From: Marinicella sp.
GTDB lineage: Bacteria; Pseudomonadota; Gammaproteobacteria; Xanthomonadales; Marinicellaceae
Assembly: GCA_965230295.1 (NCBI GenBank)
Contig: OZ246001.1
Coordinates: forward strand, 3,616,001-3,680,000
DNA: 64,000 nt
Direction of reading: 5' to 3'
Part shown: positions 18,571 to 29,344 of the stretch, piece by piece
How the letters are laid out: each line of letters begins with the position of its first letter
Position numbering within the stretch: position 1 is the stretch's first letter
The notes under the pieces: model-generated
What the model saw: only the letters and a program-made list of their open reading frames with translations
Database searches by the model: none
Told to the model about the DNA's origin: nothing
Position numbers and translations under genes: made by a program

Positions 18571-21500
18571 ATGCCCAATAGATTTGCCAAAAAGTTTGCA
18601 AGAAGTACTGCACATGTAACCCAGTTTAATTCAGTTCTGTTACTTGTTATTGTCTTATTCATGTCATCATCCATGGCTGCAGACATTCCATATGTTAATT
18701 GGGAAAATCACCCGGTACATGCACTTGATATGTCACCCGACAAGACACGGTTGGCTGTAGCACATACAGCTGATAACCGAGTGCAGTTGTTTGATGTTTC
18801 TTTAGGGCACCCGGTAAGACTGGGGCATGTAAAGGTTGGCATTGATCCAGTTTCAGTGCGATTTAAAGACAACAACGAACTGTGGGTTGTCAATCACATT
18901 TCAGATTCTGTGTCAGTGGTTGATTTCAATCAACGAATTGTCACAGCTACTTTACAAACCGAAGATGAACCTTTTGATGTCGTGTTTGCCAACAACAAAG
19001 CCTTTGTGAGCTGTTCTCAAGTCAATAAAGTGATGGTGTTTAACAGCAACGACTTGTCCACCACACCTGATGTGATTGATTTGATGGCAGAAGATCCAAG
19101 AGCCATGACTGTTAATGCCGATGGTAGTCGAGTGTATGTGGCCAGTTTTGAGTCAGGTAACAAAACCACCATATTGTCTGGCGGCATCGATGATACTGAA
19201 GACACCTTGACGTTTCCATTCAACCCGGTGAATTCAGTGCTCACTCCTTACCAAGGTGAAAATCCACCCCCCAACGATGGCAGCAGCTTTTTCCCTGCCA
19301 TCAACCCAGAAAACCCGACAGCACCCAAAGTTTCATTGATTGTAAAACAACAGGACGATGGCCGCTGGTTGGATGACAACAATGGCGATTGGACCCAATT
19401 CATTTCTGGTTCTCAAGCCGCCGTATCTGGCCGCATCCCTGGTTGGGAATTACTGGATCATGACATTGCGGTGATTGACACCACCACCCATGATGTCAAC
19501 TATGTAACGGGGCTGATGAACTTAGGCATGGCCATTGGTTTTAATCAAGCCAACAACCAAGTGACTCTGGTGGGCACAGATGCCACCAATGAAATCAGAT
19601 TTGAACCAGTTTTGAAAGGGAAGTTCTTGAGGGTAAAAATGGGTGTGGTCAGTGAGAGTAATTTGTCAAGCCCAACAGTTCATGACCTGAACCCACATCT
19701 GGATTACATCAATTCAACTGAATCGCAAGCAACCCGTGATTTGTCTATTGGGGATCCCAGAGGTGTGGTGTGGAATCAATCTGGCTCTCTGGGCTATATC
19801 AGCGGTATGGGTTCTAACAATGTGATCGTCATCAATGCCAATGGTGATCGTGTCGGATTGATCGAAGTGGGCGAAGGTGCCACAGGATTGGCCATAGATG
19901 ATAACAATGAAAGACTTTATGTTTGGAATCATTTTGCTGCCAGTTTATCTGTTATAAACGTATCGAATAACACGGTGGTCAATACTGTCGACCTTTTCAA
20001 TCCATTACCCACCGCCATTAAGCAAGGCCGTCAGTTTTTATACAGCACGCATGAAACATCCGGTTTGGGACAACTTGCTTGTGCATCATGCCACGTGGAT
20101 GGCAGGATGGATAGATTGGCTTGGGATTTAGGTGATCCTGCAGGGGAAATGAAAATTTTTAACCAAAACTGTCAAACCACCTTAAGTCTGCTGGATTCTG
20201 CCGGCTGTTCTGATTTCCATCCTATGAAAGGCCCCATGATGACCCAAACATTCCAGGACATCATTGGCAATGAACCCTTTCATTGGCGGGGCGATCGTGA
20301 CGGTATAGAGGAATTCAATGGTGCGTTCATGGGGTTAAACGGAGATGATGTCATGCTTAATCCTACACAAATGCAACAGTTTAAAGACATGTTGTCCACC
20401 ATCACCTTTCCACCCAATCCATTTAGAAATTTAGACAACAGCCTGCCAACAAGTATTGATTTGAGTAACCATTACACTTCTGGTCGTTTTGCCCCTGCTG
20501 GCCAACCTCTGGGATCAGGCAACCCAATAAATGGTTTGGAATTGTTCAACGGAGGTTTGTTAGACAGCATTTTTCAGTGTGCCAGCTGTCACACAGTACC
20601 GACAGGAATGGCCGTCAATGGTCCACTAAAACCGGGACTGTTGAATCTTGATGTGGGTGGTGAAATCATGCCTCCCGGGCCGATGGGAGAAAATCATTTG
20701 GGAGTGGTCAGTGTTGATGGATCGACACAAAAATCAATCAAGACACCTCAATTGAGGAATTTATATGACAAAGTGGGGTTTGAAACTTCACGGCCTCAAT
20801 CCTTGGCGGGCTTTGGTTTTTTACACGATGGGGCCCTTGATTCTGTGGCACGTTTTTTAAGTGCGGGTGCCTTCAGTGTCGAATCGGATCAAGAAGTGGC
20901 AGATTTGGTGGCTTTGATGATGGCCTTTTCAGGCTCGGAATTAGAACGTGGATTGGTTCCTTTGGGTAACACAGCACCTGAGTCACAAGACACCCATGCA
21001 GGTGTTGGCAAACAATATACCATGACTCAAGCCAGCCAAATGGATGAAACACTGGATGAATTATTGGTGGTGGCTGACAGTGGCAAAGTGGATTTAATTG
21101 CCCAGCAAGGTCGTTCAAAAAGCTATATTTATGATTTGAGTAACCAGACATTCAATTCAGCAGAAAATGAAGCCATATCAACCTTGGGATTAATGTCCTT
21201 AGCTGCGGTAAATGATCCCATTACATTCAGTTTGGTGCCTGCGGGCTTAGGCAATCGGCTGGCCCACGACAGAGATGGGGACGGAATCAGTGATGACCAA
21301 GAAATTGCAAATGGTTCAGATCCTACTGATCAAATCTCGACCGGCATTAAACCTTTGGCTGGTTTATGGTACAACCCGGAAAGAAGTGGTCATGGTGTTG
21401 ATTTACAGCATGCGGGAGATAATTTATTCATTATCTGGTATACCTATAATGATGATGGGACACCAACATGGTATCTGGCTGCCGGTGAGTACAGTCCCAA

Positions 21501-22053
21501 TTGGCAAGCCCCCCTCAGTCGCTTTACTTGGGATGCATCGAGCAGAACCACCAATGGTGAAGAGGTGGGTACAGTAAATATGAATTTTTCCAATGCCACA
21601 CAAAGTACTTTTTCCTGGGACATCAATGGCCGAACAGGATCAGAATCTTTTCAATATTTTGCTTTCGCTGGTGAACCAACCATCCAACAACACACCAGTT
21701 CTTACTATGACCCCAACGACAGTGGCTGGGGAATCTCAGTTATCACTCAAGGCAACACATTGGTCAGCATCATTTTTTACTATGATGAAGCAGGTGAACC
21801 GATATGGGCACTTGGTACTGGACCAACAGACAACAGTGTAGACATGTATTCCTTTGTAGGCTTTTGTCCCGATTGTGACTTCAATGCAACAACTGCACAA
21901 TTGGTTGGCTCACAGCAATTGAATTTCATACCAGGGCGTTTGATTGATTTTGATGTCAGTTTACAAGCGCCCACATTGTCAATTAACTGGACCCTCAATG
22001 ACGTCGCTTTGAGTCCCTTGTCCAATGAGTTTTTTGACCCTGAATTACAATAA
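18571..22053 (+). CDS. Secreted YVTN beta-propeller / dihaem cytochrome c protein with Ca-binding loop and duplicated C-terminal domain
   Basis: Signal-like N-terminus; propeller repeats; two CASCH motifs (about 20080 and 20578); FHWRGDR, KTPQLRN; DRDGDGISD; GLWYNPERSGHG and SYYDPNDSGWG repeats. Confidence 0.8.
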   Translation: MPNRFAKKFARSTAHVTQFNSVLLLVIVLFMSSSMAADIPYVNWENHPVHALDMSPDKTRLAVAHTADNRVQLFDVSLGHPVRLGHVKVGIDPVSVRFKDNNELWVVNHISDSVSVVDFNQRIVTATLQTEDEPFDVVFANNKAFVSCSQVNKVMVFNSNDLSTTPDVIDLMAEDPRAMTVNADGSRVYVASFESGNKTTILSGGIDDTEDTLTFPFNPVNSVLTPYQGENPPPNDGSSFFPAINPENPTAPKVSLIVKQQDDGRWLDDNNGDWTQFISGSQAAVSGRIPGWELLDHDIAVIDTTTHDVNYVTGLMNLGMAIGFNQANNQVTLVGTDATNEIRFEPVLKGKFLRVKMGVVSESNLSSPTVHDLNPHLDYINSTESQATRDLSIGDPRGVVWNQSGSLGYISGMGSNNVIVINANGDRVGLIEVGEGATGLAIDDNNERLYVWNHFAASLSVINVSNNTVVNTVDLFNPLPTAIKQGRQFLYSTHETSGLGQLACASCHVDGRMDRLAWDLGDPAGEMKIFNQNCQTTLSLLDSAGCSDFHPMKGPMMTQTFQDIIGNEPFHWRGDRDGIEEFNGAFMGLNGDDVMLNPTQMQQFKDMLSTITFPPNPFRNLDNSLPTSIDLSNHYTSGRFAPAGQPLGSGNPINGLELFNGGLLDSIFQCASCHTVPTGMAVNGPLKPGLLNLDVGGEIMPPGPMGENHLGVVSVDGSTQKSIKTPQLRNLYDKVGFETSRPQSLAGFGFLHDGALDSVARFLSAGAFSVESDQEVADLVALMMAFSGSELERGLVPLGNTAPESQDTHAGVGKQYTMTQASQMDETLDELLVVADSGKVDLIAQQGRSKSYIYDLSNQTFNSAENEAISTLGLMSLAAVNDPITFSLVPAGLGNRLAHDRDGDGISDDQEIANGSDPTDQISTGIKPLAGLWYNPERSGHGVDLQHAGDNLFIIWYTYNDDGTPTWYLAAGEYSPNWQAPLSRFTWDASSRTTNGEEVGTVNMNFSNATQSTFSWDINGRTGSESFQYFAFAGEPTIQQHTSSYYDPNDSGWGISVITQGNTLVSIIFYYDEAGEPIWALGTGPTDNSVDMYSFVGFCPDCDFNATTAQLVGSQQLNFIPGRLIDFDVSLQAPTLSINWTLNDVALSPLSNEFFDPELQ

Positions 22054-22088
22054 TGATACCAGTCAAAATGTTCTGTTTTCGATAACCT

Positions 22089-24791
22089 CTATTCGAAATC
22101 ATCAGCGAAAATCAAGTCTGTGGTGGTTGAGATCATGATGGAAACCACTGCCGTGCTACAAGCATTGATTGGATTTTCATCATCACACGCTTCATAGCTG
22201 AACGAATCAGTTGTGTTTGCGCTCCCGTCGTGTGCGTAACTGAATGTACCATCGGCATTCAAGATCAGCATCCCATGCATAACATCAACGACCACTTGGG
22301 CAGTCAAGCTGTTGTCATCAGGATCACTGTCGTTGGCCAGAACTGAATCACTTCCAATGTCTAAAATACTGACAGTACCTCCATTCAATGTGGTGACTGC
22401 ATCATCATTGGCATTGGGGGGATCATTGACAGGGAAGACTGTAATGCTTGCTGTGGCAGTGTCGCACGCCATTTGATCATCACACAATTCATAAATGAAA
22501 CTGTCAGCTGTGGTTTCACTGCCATCATGGGTATAGCTGAAGGTGCCATTGGTGTTCAGGGTTAAATCACCATTGATCACATCGGTATCAAGAGAGACGA
22601 TTAGGTTGATGTCATTGGGGTCAGTGTCATTGAACAGCAATGAATTGGCACCTGCGGTGACTGTGGTGGTCGTTCCTCCTTCATCCACATCGATGCTGTC
22701 ATCGTTGGCTATCGGAGGGCTGTTGGTGATTTCAATGGTGATGTTCACAGTGCCATCGTCACATTTAACCGGGCTGCCATCGTCGCAAACCCGATAAACA
22801 AATTGATCGCTGGTTGCCAATGAATTGTTGTGCGAATAGCTGAAAGATCCATCGCTGTTTAAAGTCAGAGAACCATTTGTAGGACCTGAAACTGGTGTTG
22901 TGACCACAGTTAAAGTGTCATCAGGAAAATCAACATCGGTGTCGTTAGCAGTTAATAAGGAAGAACCACCATCCACTTCTGTGATGGTGTCTCCTTGCTC
23001 GCCTGACAGGGAATCATCCATTGCCACTGGGTTGTCATTACAAAAGTGTGCAAAAGCCGTTAGGTATTGGCCATCCTCACCACCGGTGGTGGTATTGCCT
23101 TGTTCTGTAGCATACTTGTTGTAAATCCAGAAGCATTCCTCATCAGGATCAACTGCAGTAGCAGAATAGTCTCCCCACCGATTGGTTCCTCCACCAAATG
23201 TACGAACATAGGATTCTTCTCCAGCTCGAATAAGTTGAGCCGGGCGCATGAAGTCTAAAGGGTCTGAAGGCGATCGATGTACAAAGTATGAACTGGGAAA
23301 AATGTTGTTGTTAGAAGCGGTGAAACCCACAGTTACACCTTCATCTTCATTGACCGCAATCGAGGCATATGAAGTGTAGGTGTTGTTGGCAATGTCTGTA
23401 TTGCCACCGATGGTATTGCCTTGCACAAAGGAGGGCGTACCATTGGTCTCAATTTGGCCCCAGAAGGCCGTGGCTTCACCTGCATCGGTTCCAGATCCGG
23501 GCAAGACTTCAGTGGTGAAGTAGATTGAGTCATTGCGCCAGACAGCATCCAGCACCCGACGATCACCTGAATCAATGTCTGTGCTGGTACCGGCTTGTGG
23601 GGCATCTGGAATGTCACCTCCCCCGGTGTTGTCAACATTACCAATGGACACCAACTGACGGGTGAAAGTGGGGTTAGCGCTCAGTGGGTTGTTGACTCGA
23701 ATTAGCTGGATGGACTCCTGGAATCCATTGGTGATGCCTGAATATCCAACCAGCCAGGTGCCCACACTGCCACCTGGGTTTCCGTAGACATGGGCTGGCA
23801 TTTGTGTCACTGCAAAACCACCAGAAATTGTGGTTTGATCAAATATACTGGCAGAGGCAGAACCACCGTTATAAAAACTTTTGTCAACAATAATCAAGCG
23901 ATTCCCGCCTGAGTTACCGGCAGTGGGGCTGCCATCCAAAAACCTGAACATATTGCCCGTGATGTATATGGCCTGATCGTCAACAGCCAATCCTGGATAA
24001 TCCAACCAATGGGGCAAACCACCAATGTTTATTTTGGTGTTGATCTCGGTCACAGTCCACGATCCATTGGGGTCGCTGTCATCAGAAACCGCCAACAACA
24101 CCAATGATGCGTCCGAAGCAGCACCGGTACCCGAATCAACACGTTCCAATGTAACCACCAACCAGCGATCTTCATACTGGTCGTAAATGACTTTCGGATC
24201 AAAGGTGAAGTTGGCAGGTGTCAAGGCGGAAAAGAAGGCTTGTAAGTCATCTGAAAAATCTTGAGTACCGTCTTTGTCATAAAATTCGATTGAAACATTG
24301 ATCACACTGACCACATGGTTGGGACCAGCAGCGCCATGTGCATCAGCCGGGATGAACAAGAAACCGCCAGTATTATTGATGTTGGTTTCTGTGCCGCCAG
24401 CTGTAATGGTGTTTTGAATGGCTCTGGTTGTGGATTCCTTTTTACTAAAATCCAGCTCATCAGTCTCCACATATTGATACTTTGGTTTATTTTTCTTGGG
24501 CGTGGGTGGTTCAGAAACCCAATATTCAGAAACATCATCAGTTTGAATCGTTCCAGATAAAGCCGTTTTCTCTATGATGGTCGTTTCAACCGCTGTGGTC
24601 GTTAACAAGGCTGCATCGTTGTTGTCATAGCTGTATTCTTCAACTTGACCAGAAACTGAATTGGTTGTTGGTTCATTGGCATAGGCAAAAACAGACTCAA
24701 CGTTCTCTGCTGATGTTAATGGCCAGGAACTCAGCAAATAGCCCATCACGAATAAAATTGTAGCGAGGGTCATCATCCAACGTAAATTCAT
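22089..24791 (-). CDS. Secreted surface protein with three cadherin-like/Ig (Big_9-type) repeats and C-terminal DLIFADDFE
   Basis: Signal peptide; RWGDYS..VDP N-terminal domain; three N.PP.A.DD...L.ND.D...G.L.LN.DG.FSY.H repeats. Confidence 0.82.
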   Translation of the reverse strand: MNLRWMMTLATILFVMGYLLSSWPLTSAENVESVFAYANEPTTNSVSGQVEEYSYDNNDAALLTTTAVETTIIEKTALSGTIQTDDVSEYWVSEPPTPKKNKPKYQYVETDELDFSKKESTTRAIQNTITAGGTETNINNTGGFLFIPADAHGAAGPNHVVSVINVSIEFYDKDGTQDFSDDLQAFFSALTPANFTFDPKVIYDQYEDRWLVVTLERVDSGTGAASDASLVLLAVSDDSDPNGSWTVTEINTKINIGGLPHWLDYPGLAVDDQAIYITGNMFRFLDGSPTAGNSGGNRLIIVDKSFYNGGSASASIFDQTTISGGFAVTQMPAHVYGNPGGSVGTWLVGYSGITNGFQESIQLIRVNNPLSANPTFTRQLVSIGNVDNTGGGDIPDAPQAGTSTDIDSGDRRVLDAVWRNDSIYFTTEVLPGSGTDAGEATAFWGQIETNGTPSFVQGNTIGGNTDIANNTYTSYASIAVNEDEGVTVGFTASNNNIFPSSYFVHRSPSDPLDFMRPAQLIRAGEESYVRTFGGGTNRWGDYSATAVDPDEECFWIYNKYATEQGNTTTGGEDGQYLTAFAHFCNDNPVAMDDSLSGEQGDTITEVDGGSSLLTANDTDVDFPDDTLTVVTTPVSGPTNGSLTLNSDGSFSYSHNNSLATSDQFVYRVCDDGSPVKCDDGTVNITIEITNSPPIANDDSIDVDEGGTTTTVTAGANSLLFNDTDPNDINLIVSLDTDVINGDLTLNTNGTFSYTHDGSETTADSFIYELCDDQMACDTATASITVFPVNDPPNANDDAVTTLNGGTVSILDIGSDSVLANDSDPDDNSLTAQVVVDVMHGMLILNADGTFSYAHDGSANTTDSFSYEACDDENPINACSTAVVSIMISTTTDLIFADDFE

Positions 24792-24916
24792 ATTTGTTTC
24801 CTCATTTAACTATGAACGTATGCAGAATTACTGATTCGTGTCATACATAAATCGTTTAAAATAATTGTGAATACCTTGTATAAGAAGGCATTAACACCTG
24901 GAATATTGCAGTTATT

Positions 24917-27649
24917 TTAGTTCATTCCAGGATTTTGAAAGGCGCCTTTGCTTTTTCTGATTTTAACCGCGACCACTTTGTATTCCGGGCACATGGCCTC
25001 ACTGTCATGTTCATCCGAAGTGAGGTTGTTGATCAACATGGCAGGGAAATGAAATGTGGTGCTCAAAACACCTGGTTTCACTTCATCGGTTATTTCAGCT
25101 TTGATGTCCACCTTACCCCGCGGAGAAGTGACACAAACCATGTCACCCTGGGTGATGCGGTTTTTATCGGCATCCTGCGGATTAATTAGCAAAAAGTCCT
25201 CATGTTGTAATGCCACATTACCTGTGCGTCGTGTCATGGTACCGCAGTTGTAATGTTCCAAGCTGCGATTGGTGGTCAGTATGTACGGGTAGTTTTCTCC
25301 ATGAGAGCGAATTTCATTACTTTCATTGAAATCATGAAACTCAAAAGTGCCGAGCCCTTTACTGAATTGATGCTCGTGAATCAAGGGGCTTTCTTGCCCG
25401 TATTTATCAACCGGCCATTGTTTCCCATCTTGACCAAGATCTGACCATCTAACGCCCGCGAAAAAGGGCACTATTTGAGCAACCTCATCCAGGACCCAGC
25501 TTGGATGATAATCTAGGTGTTGATAGCCCATTCGGTTCATGACATCAACAATAATTTGACCATCGGATCGACAGTTGGCAATGGGCTCAATGACTTCATT
25601 GACTCTTTGAATGCGTCTTTCACCGTTGGTAAATGTGCCGCTTTTTTCTAAGAATGAAGCACCTGGAAGAATCACATCTGCCATCTTGGCTGTTTCTGTC
25701 ATGAACAATTCTTGAACCACCAACAGTTCCAGGTTTTCTAAGGCTTTGATCACCTTTTGGGAATTGGGGTCGGTTTGAACCACGTCTTCGCCAATGATCC
25801 ACAATGCTTTTAATGCACCATCTATGGCTGCATTGAACATTTGTGGAATTTTAAAGCCAGGATCCAGCGGGGTGGGGCGGTCGTAAAAATCGCTGTAGAG
25901 TTGTTGGTTGTTTGGATCGTACATGGATAGGTATCCGGCACCTTGATGAGGTTGAGCACCCATGTCTGCAGCCCCTTGTACATTGTTTTGTCCTCTGAGT
26001 GGATTCACCCCCATACCGACTTGGCCTATGTTGCCAGTGAGCATGGCCAGTTCAGCAATTTGCATCACAGCATAGGTGCCTTGTGAATGTTCAGTCACGC
26101 CTAGACCATGAAAACTCATGGCCCTTTCAGCTTGTGCATATGTTTTGGCCGCCGCTTTGACTGCTGGTAAACTGACTCCAGTCAATTCACTCAGGTGATC
26201 CAGGTCCAGTTGCTCTAAATTGGCTTTGAATTCTGTAAAACCTTCTGTCCGGTTGTTGATGAATGAATCATCGGCCCAACCTTCTGAGACGATGAAATAC
26301 ATCATCATGTTCATCAAAGCCACATTGGTCCCAGGTCTTAAAGCCAAATGGTGGGTGGCATAACGGGCCAGTTCAGTTTTCCTTGGATCGATCACAATGC
26401 ATGGTTTTCCTTTCATTGCAAACTGTTTCAATTTAGCCCCGGTCACAGGATGACTTTCGGTTGGATTCGCTCCAATAACCAATATGCATTCCGTGTACTC
26501 AATATCAGCTATTGAATTGGTTGCTGCACCGGTACCAAAAGTCTTTTGCATACCCAGTGCAGTCGGTGAATGACAAACACGCGCACAACAGTCTATGTTA
26601 TTGGTCCCAATGACCGTTCTGATGAACTTTTGCATCAAGTAGTTTTCTTCATTGGTACAACGGGCAGATGATATGCCTGCGATACTGGTGGGTCCATGAC
26701 TATCTTTTAAACCATTCAATCGATCCACAATGAACTGATAAGCCTCATCCCAGCTGACCTCAACAAAACCTTCCTCTCGTTTGATCAAAGGGCTGCGCAG
26801 CCTATCTGGGTGGTTATAAAATTTAAAGGCATAGCGTCCTTTCAAACAGGTGTGGCCTTGGTTAACTGCTGCCTCTGATGCGGCCTGAATGCTGAGTATT
26901 TCATCACCACGTGTGGCCACTTCCAAATTACAGCCAACACCACAATAGGTGCAAATGGTTCGAGTCTTTTGGTGGCTTTGTACCGATTTGGATTGGAACA
27001 CATCAGAAATGGCTGAAGTAGGACAAGCTTGTGCACAAGCACCACAGCTGACACAGTCTGAATCAAAAAATGATTGGTCATCGCCTTTAATGATGTGGCT
27101 GTTGAAACCTCTGCCGGCCATACTGAGCACGAATTGGCCTTGCACTTCGTCACAGGCCCGCACACAACGGTAGCAGTTGATACATTTAGAAAAATCAGAA
27201 CGCATGTATGGGTGCGAATCGTCCTTGATTTGGTCCAGGTGGTTGGCGCCTTCAGGATACCTGACTTCAGACATGCCCAATTCAGCTGCAACAGTTTGCA
27301 GCTCACAGTTGTTATTGACCTCGCAGGTTAAGCAGTCTAAAGGGTGATCTGTGAGCACCAGCTCGACGATGTTTTTGCGCAATTTAATGATTGATGGACT
27401 GTCAGGAAAAATGTGCATTCCCTCGCTCACTGGTGTATGACAGGATGCGACCACACGACGATCACTGTGCTCATTGGCGGCCACTTCTACACTACACACA
27501 CGACAAGCACCAAAAGCTTCTAACTGTGGCAAGTCACACAGGGTGGGGATGGTTCTGTTGCTTAAGTGACGTTTAACAAAAGCCAATACTGTTTCGTCCG
27601 ATTTGTATTCAAGCGGCTTGCCATTGATGTATGCGATGGCTTGAGTCAT
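24917..27649 (-). CDS. NAD-linked formate dehydrogenase alpha subunit (FdsA/FdhF-type, Cys ligand)
   Basis: N-terminal 2Fe-2S and 4Fe-4S clusters, CTYCGVGC, NNIDCCARVCH, PLRGQNNVQG, CPEYK. Confidence 0.93.
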   Translation of the reverse strand: MTQAIAYINGKPLEYKSDETVLAFVKRHLSNRTIPTLCDLPQLEAFGACRVCSVEVAANEHSDRRVVASCHTPVSEGMHIFPDSPSIIKLRKNIVELVLTDHPLDCLTCEVNNNCELQTVAAELGMSEVRYPEGANHLDQIKDDSHPYMRSDFSKCINCYRCVRACDEVQGQFVLSMAGRGFNSHIIKGDDQSFFDSDCVSCGACAQACPTSAISDVFQSKSVQSHQKTRTICTYCGVGCNLEVATRGDEILSIQAASEAAVNQGHTCLKGRYAFKFYNHPDRLRSPLIKREEGFVEVSWDEAYQFIVDRLNGLKDSHGPTSIAGISSARCTNEENYLMQKFIRTVIGTNNIDCCARVCHSPTALGMQKTFGTGAATNSIADIEYTECILVIGANPTESHPVTGAKLKQFAMKGKPCIVIDPRKTELARYATHHLALRPGTNVALMNMMMYFIVSEGWADDSFINNRTEGFTEFKANLEQLDLDHLSELTGVSLPAVKAAAKTYAQAERAMSFHGLGVTEHSQGTYAVMQIAELAMLTGNIGQVGMGVNPLRGQNNVQGAADMGAQPHQGAGYLSMYDPNNQQLYSDFYDRPTPLDPGFKIPQMFNAAIDGALKALWIIGEDVVQTDPNSQKVIKALENLELLVVQELFMTETAKMADVILPGASFLEKSGTFTNGERRIQRVNEVIEPIANCRSDGQIIVDVMNRMGYQHLDYHPSWVLDEVAQIVPFFAGVRWSDLGQDGKQWPVDKYGQESPLIHEHQFSKGLGTFEFHDFNESNEIRSHGENYPYILTTNRSLEHYNCGTMTRRTGNVALQHEDFLLINPQDADKNRITQGDMVCVTSPRGKVDIKAEITDEVKPGVLSTTFHFPAMLINNLTSDEHDSEAMCPEYKVVAVKIRKSKGAFQNPGMN

Positions 27650-29295
27650 GACTCGCCTCCTGTGAAATGTGGCTTCAGCTCTGCCTTAAAATACTCAAGC
27701 GCATTGCGAACCGGTAGCGGTATACCACCACCGTGAGCGCACAATGAGGCATCGGTTAATGTGGTGAGTAAATCATCAAACAAACTAACATCTATCGGCA
27801 CGCCATCATTCATGGCCGCCGATAAAAGTTCTTCCGCCCGGCGTGTTCCTAAGCGACAAGGAAAACACTTGCCACAACTTTCATCAGCCGCAAACTTCAT
27901 CAAGTGATGTAAATAATCAATCATGGAAAAATCAGATGGAATACAAACCACAGAAGCATGACCCAACAAGAATCCATGTGCAGCAAAAGATTCAAAATCC
28001 ACCGTCAGTAGCTGACATTTGCTCATTGGTATTATGCCACCCAGCGGCCCTCCAATTTGTACCGCTTTGATGGACTGTTTGAACCCTTTTCCAAGATGCT
28101 CAAACACATCATTCAATGGGGTACCCATTGGCACTTCATAAATTCCTGGTCGGTTAAATGCTGAGTCCAAAGACAACAATTTGGTGCCACTGGAGTCAGC
28201 AGTGCCTATATGACTGTAGTATTCACCACCTTTGTTGATGATGACATAAAGACTGGCTAAGGTCTCCACATTGTTGACCACTGTGGGTTGGTTAAAGAGG
28301 CCTTGTTGGGTTGGGAAGGGGGGTCTAACCCTGACTTCAGGACGTTGTCCCTCTAGCGAATTAATCAAGGCGGTTTCTTCTCCACAAATGTATGCCCCTT
28401 GGGCACTGACCACTTTGAATTGAAAACCAGTGGACCGAACAAATGAATTGAACCAATCGGTTGCCGACCATTGGTCGATCACCTCTTGAATGATTTTTAT
28501 GGCTTTGGGGTACTCTCCCCGAATATACAAAATGCCCCATCGAGCACCCATCAAGTAAGCCGCAGCCGCCATACCAAACAAGACCATATGAGGTCGTTGT
28601 TCCAACAGAAAACGGTCTGAGTAGGCCCCTGGGTCACCTTCATCTGCGTTACAAATTAAATATTTTTCTGGTGCAGTCGTATCCCGGGCAGAACGCAATT
28701 TAAAGCCCATCGGAAAACCTGCACCACCGCGACCTCGAAGTCCTGATTGTTCAATATGTTTTAAGGAATCATTGGGTTCGGCAGACAGTAAACGGTTGAA
28801 GAGTAACTCCACCTCTCCGAGGCTCAGTTCACTGGCAGTTAAAACAGCAGGCCCAATGGCACTGACTGCGTAATCATCCTGATGCTCATGAGTTGCAGAT
28901 ATCTCAGCCGTTTGAGCAAACAAATCAGACAATTGCTCATCACCAAGGGCAGAGTATGTGTTGCCTTGATAATAAAATGAACTGTTCTCATGACAGTGTC
29001 CCAAACAAGTCATGTGACCAATGTCTTCAGGCGGAAAGTGTGTTTTTAATTGTTTGATTAAATTTGGTTGGGTACCTGCACAAAGACAAGCTGTACCGTT
29101 ACAAACATACACTTTTTTGCCTTGATTTTCAGGCTTTAAAAAATCATAAAAACTGGTGCTGCCCCTGACATTGGCTGACCCGATCAAAAACTCATTTGCG
29201 AGTTGATGACCCTTGACATCTGGTTCGCTCAAAGCTTCAAACAAATTTCGTTCCATGCCTTTGCGTCTTGAAAGTTCACTTAAATTTTTAGACAT
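27646..29295 (-). CDS. Formate dehydrogenase diaphorase subunit: NuoE-like 2Fe-2S domain fused to NuoF-like FMN/NAD domain
   Basis: VCNGTAC..CLGHC; GLRGRGGAGFP; NADEGDPG; GAYICGEETAL; ESCGKCFPCR. Confidence 0.9.
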   Translation of the reverse strand: MSKNLSELSRRKGMERNLFEALSEPDVKGHQLANEFLIGSANVRGSTSFYDFLKPENQGKKVYVCNGTACLCAGTQPNLIKQLKTHFPPEDIGHMTCLGHCHENSSFYYQGNTYSALGDEQLSDLFAQTAEISATHEHQDDYAVSAIGPAVLTASELSLGEVELLFNRLLSAEPNDSLKHIEQSGLRGRGGAGFPMGFKLRSARDTTAPEKYLICNADEGDPGAYSDRFLLEQRPHMVLFGMAAAAYLMGARWGILYIRGEYPKAIKIIQEVIDQWSATDWFNSFVRSTGFQFKVVSAQGAYICGEETALINSLEGQRPEVRVRPPFPTQQGLFNQPTVVNNVETLASLYVIINKGGEYYSHIGTADSSGTKLLSLDSAFNRPGIYEVPMGTPLNDVFEHLGKGFKQSIKAVQIGGPLGGIIPMSKCQLLTVDFESFAAHGFLLGHASVVCIPSDFSMIDYLHHLMKFAADESCGKCFPCRLGTRRAEELLSAAMNDGVPIDVSLFDDLLTTLTDASLCAHGGGIPLPVRNALEYFKAELKPHFTGGES

Positions 29296-29344
29296 GGTTA
29301 TGATATATTTGATATTTAATAAAAAAATTATATAGAAAATTCGG

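Noticed and set aside
26570-26600. Possible selenocysteine in the FDH alpha subunit
   Set aside because: The active-site motif reads CCARVCH with Cys codons and no in-frame TGA.
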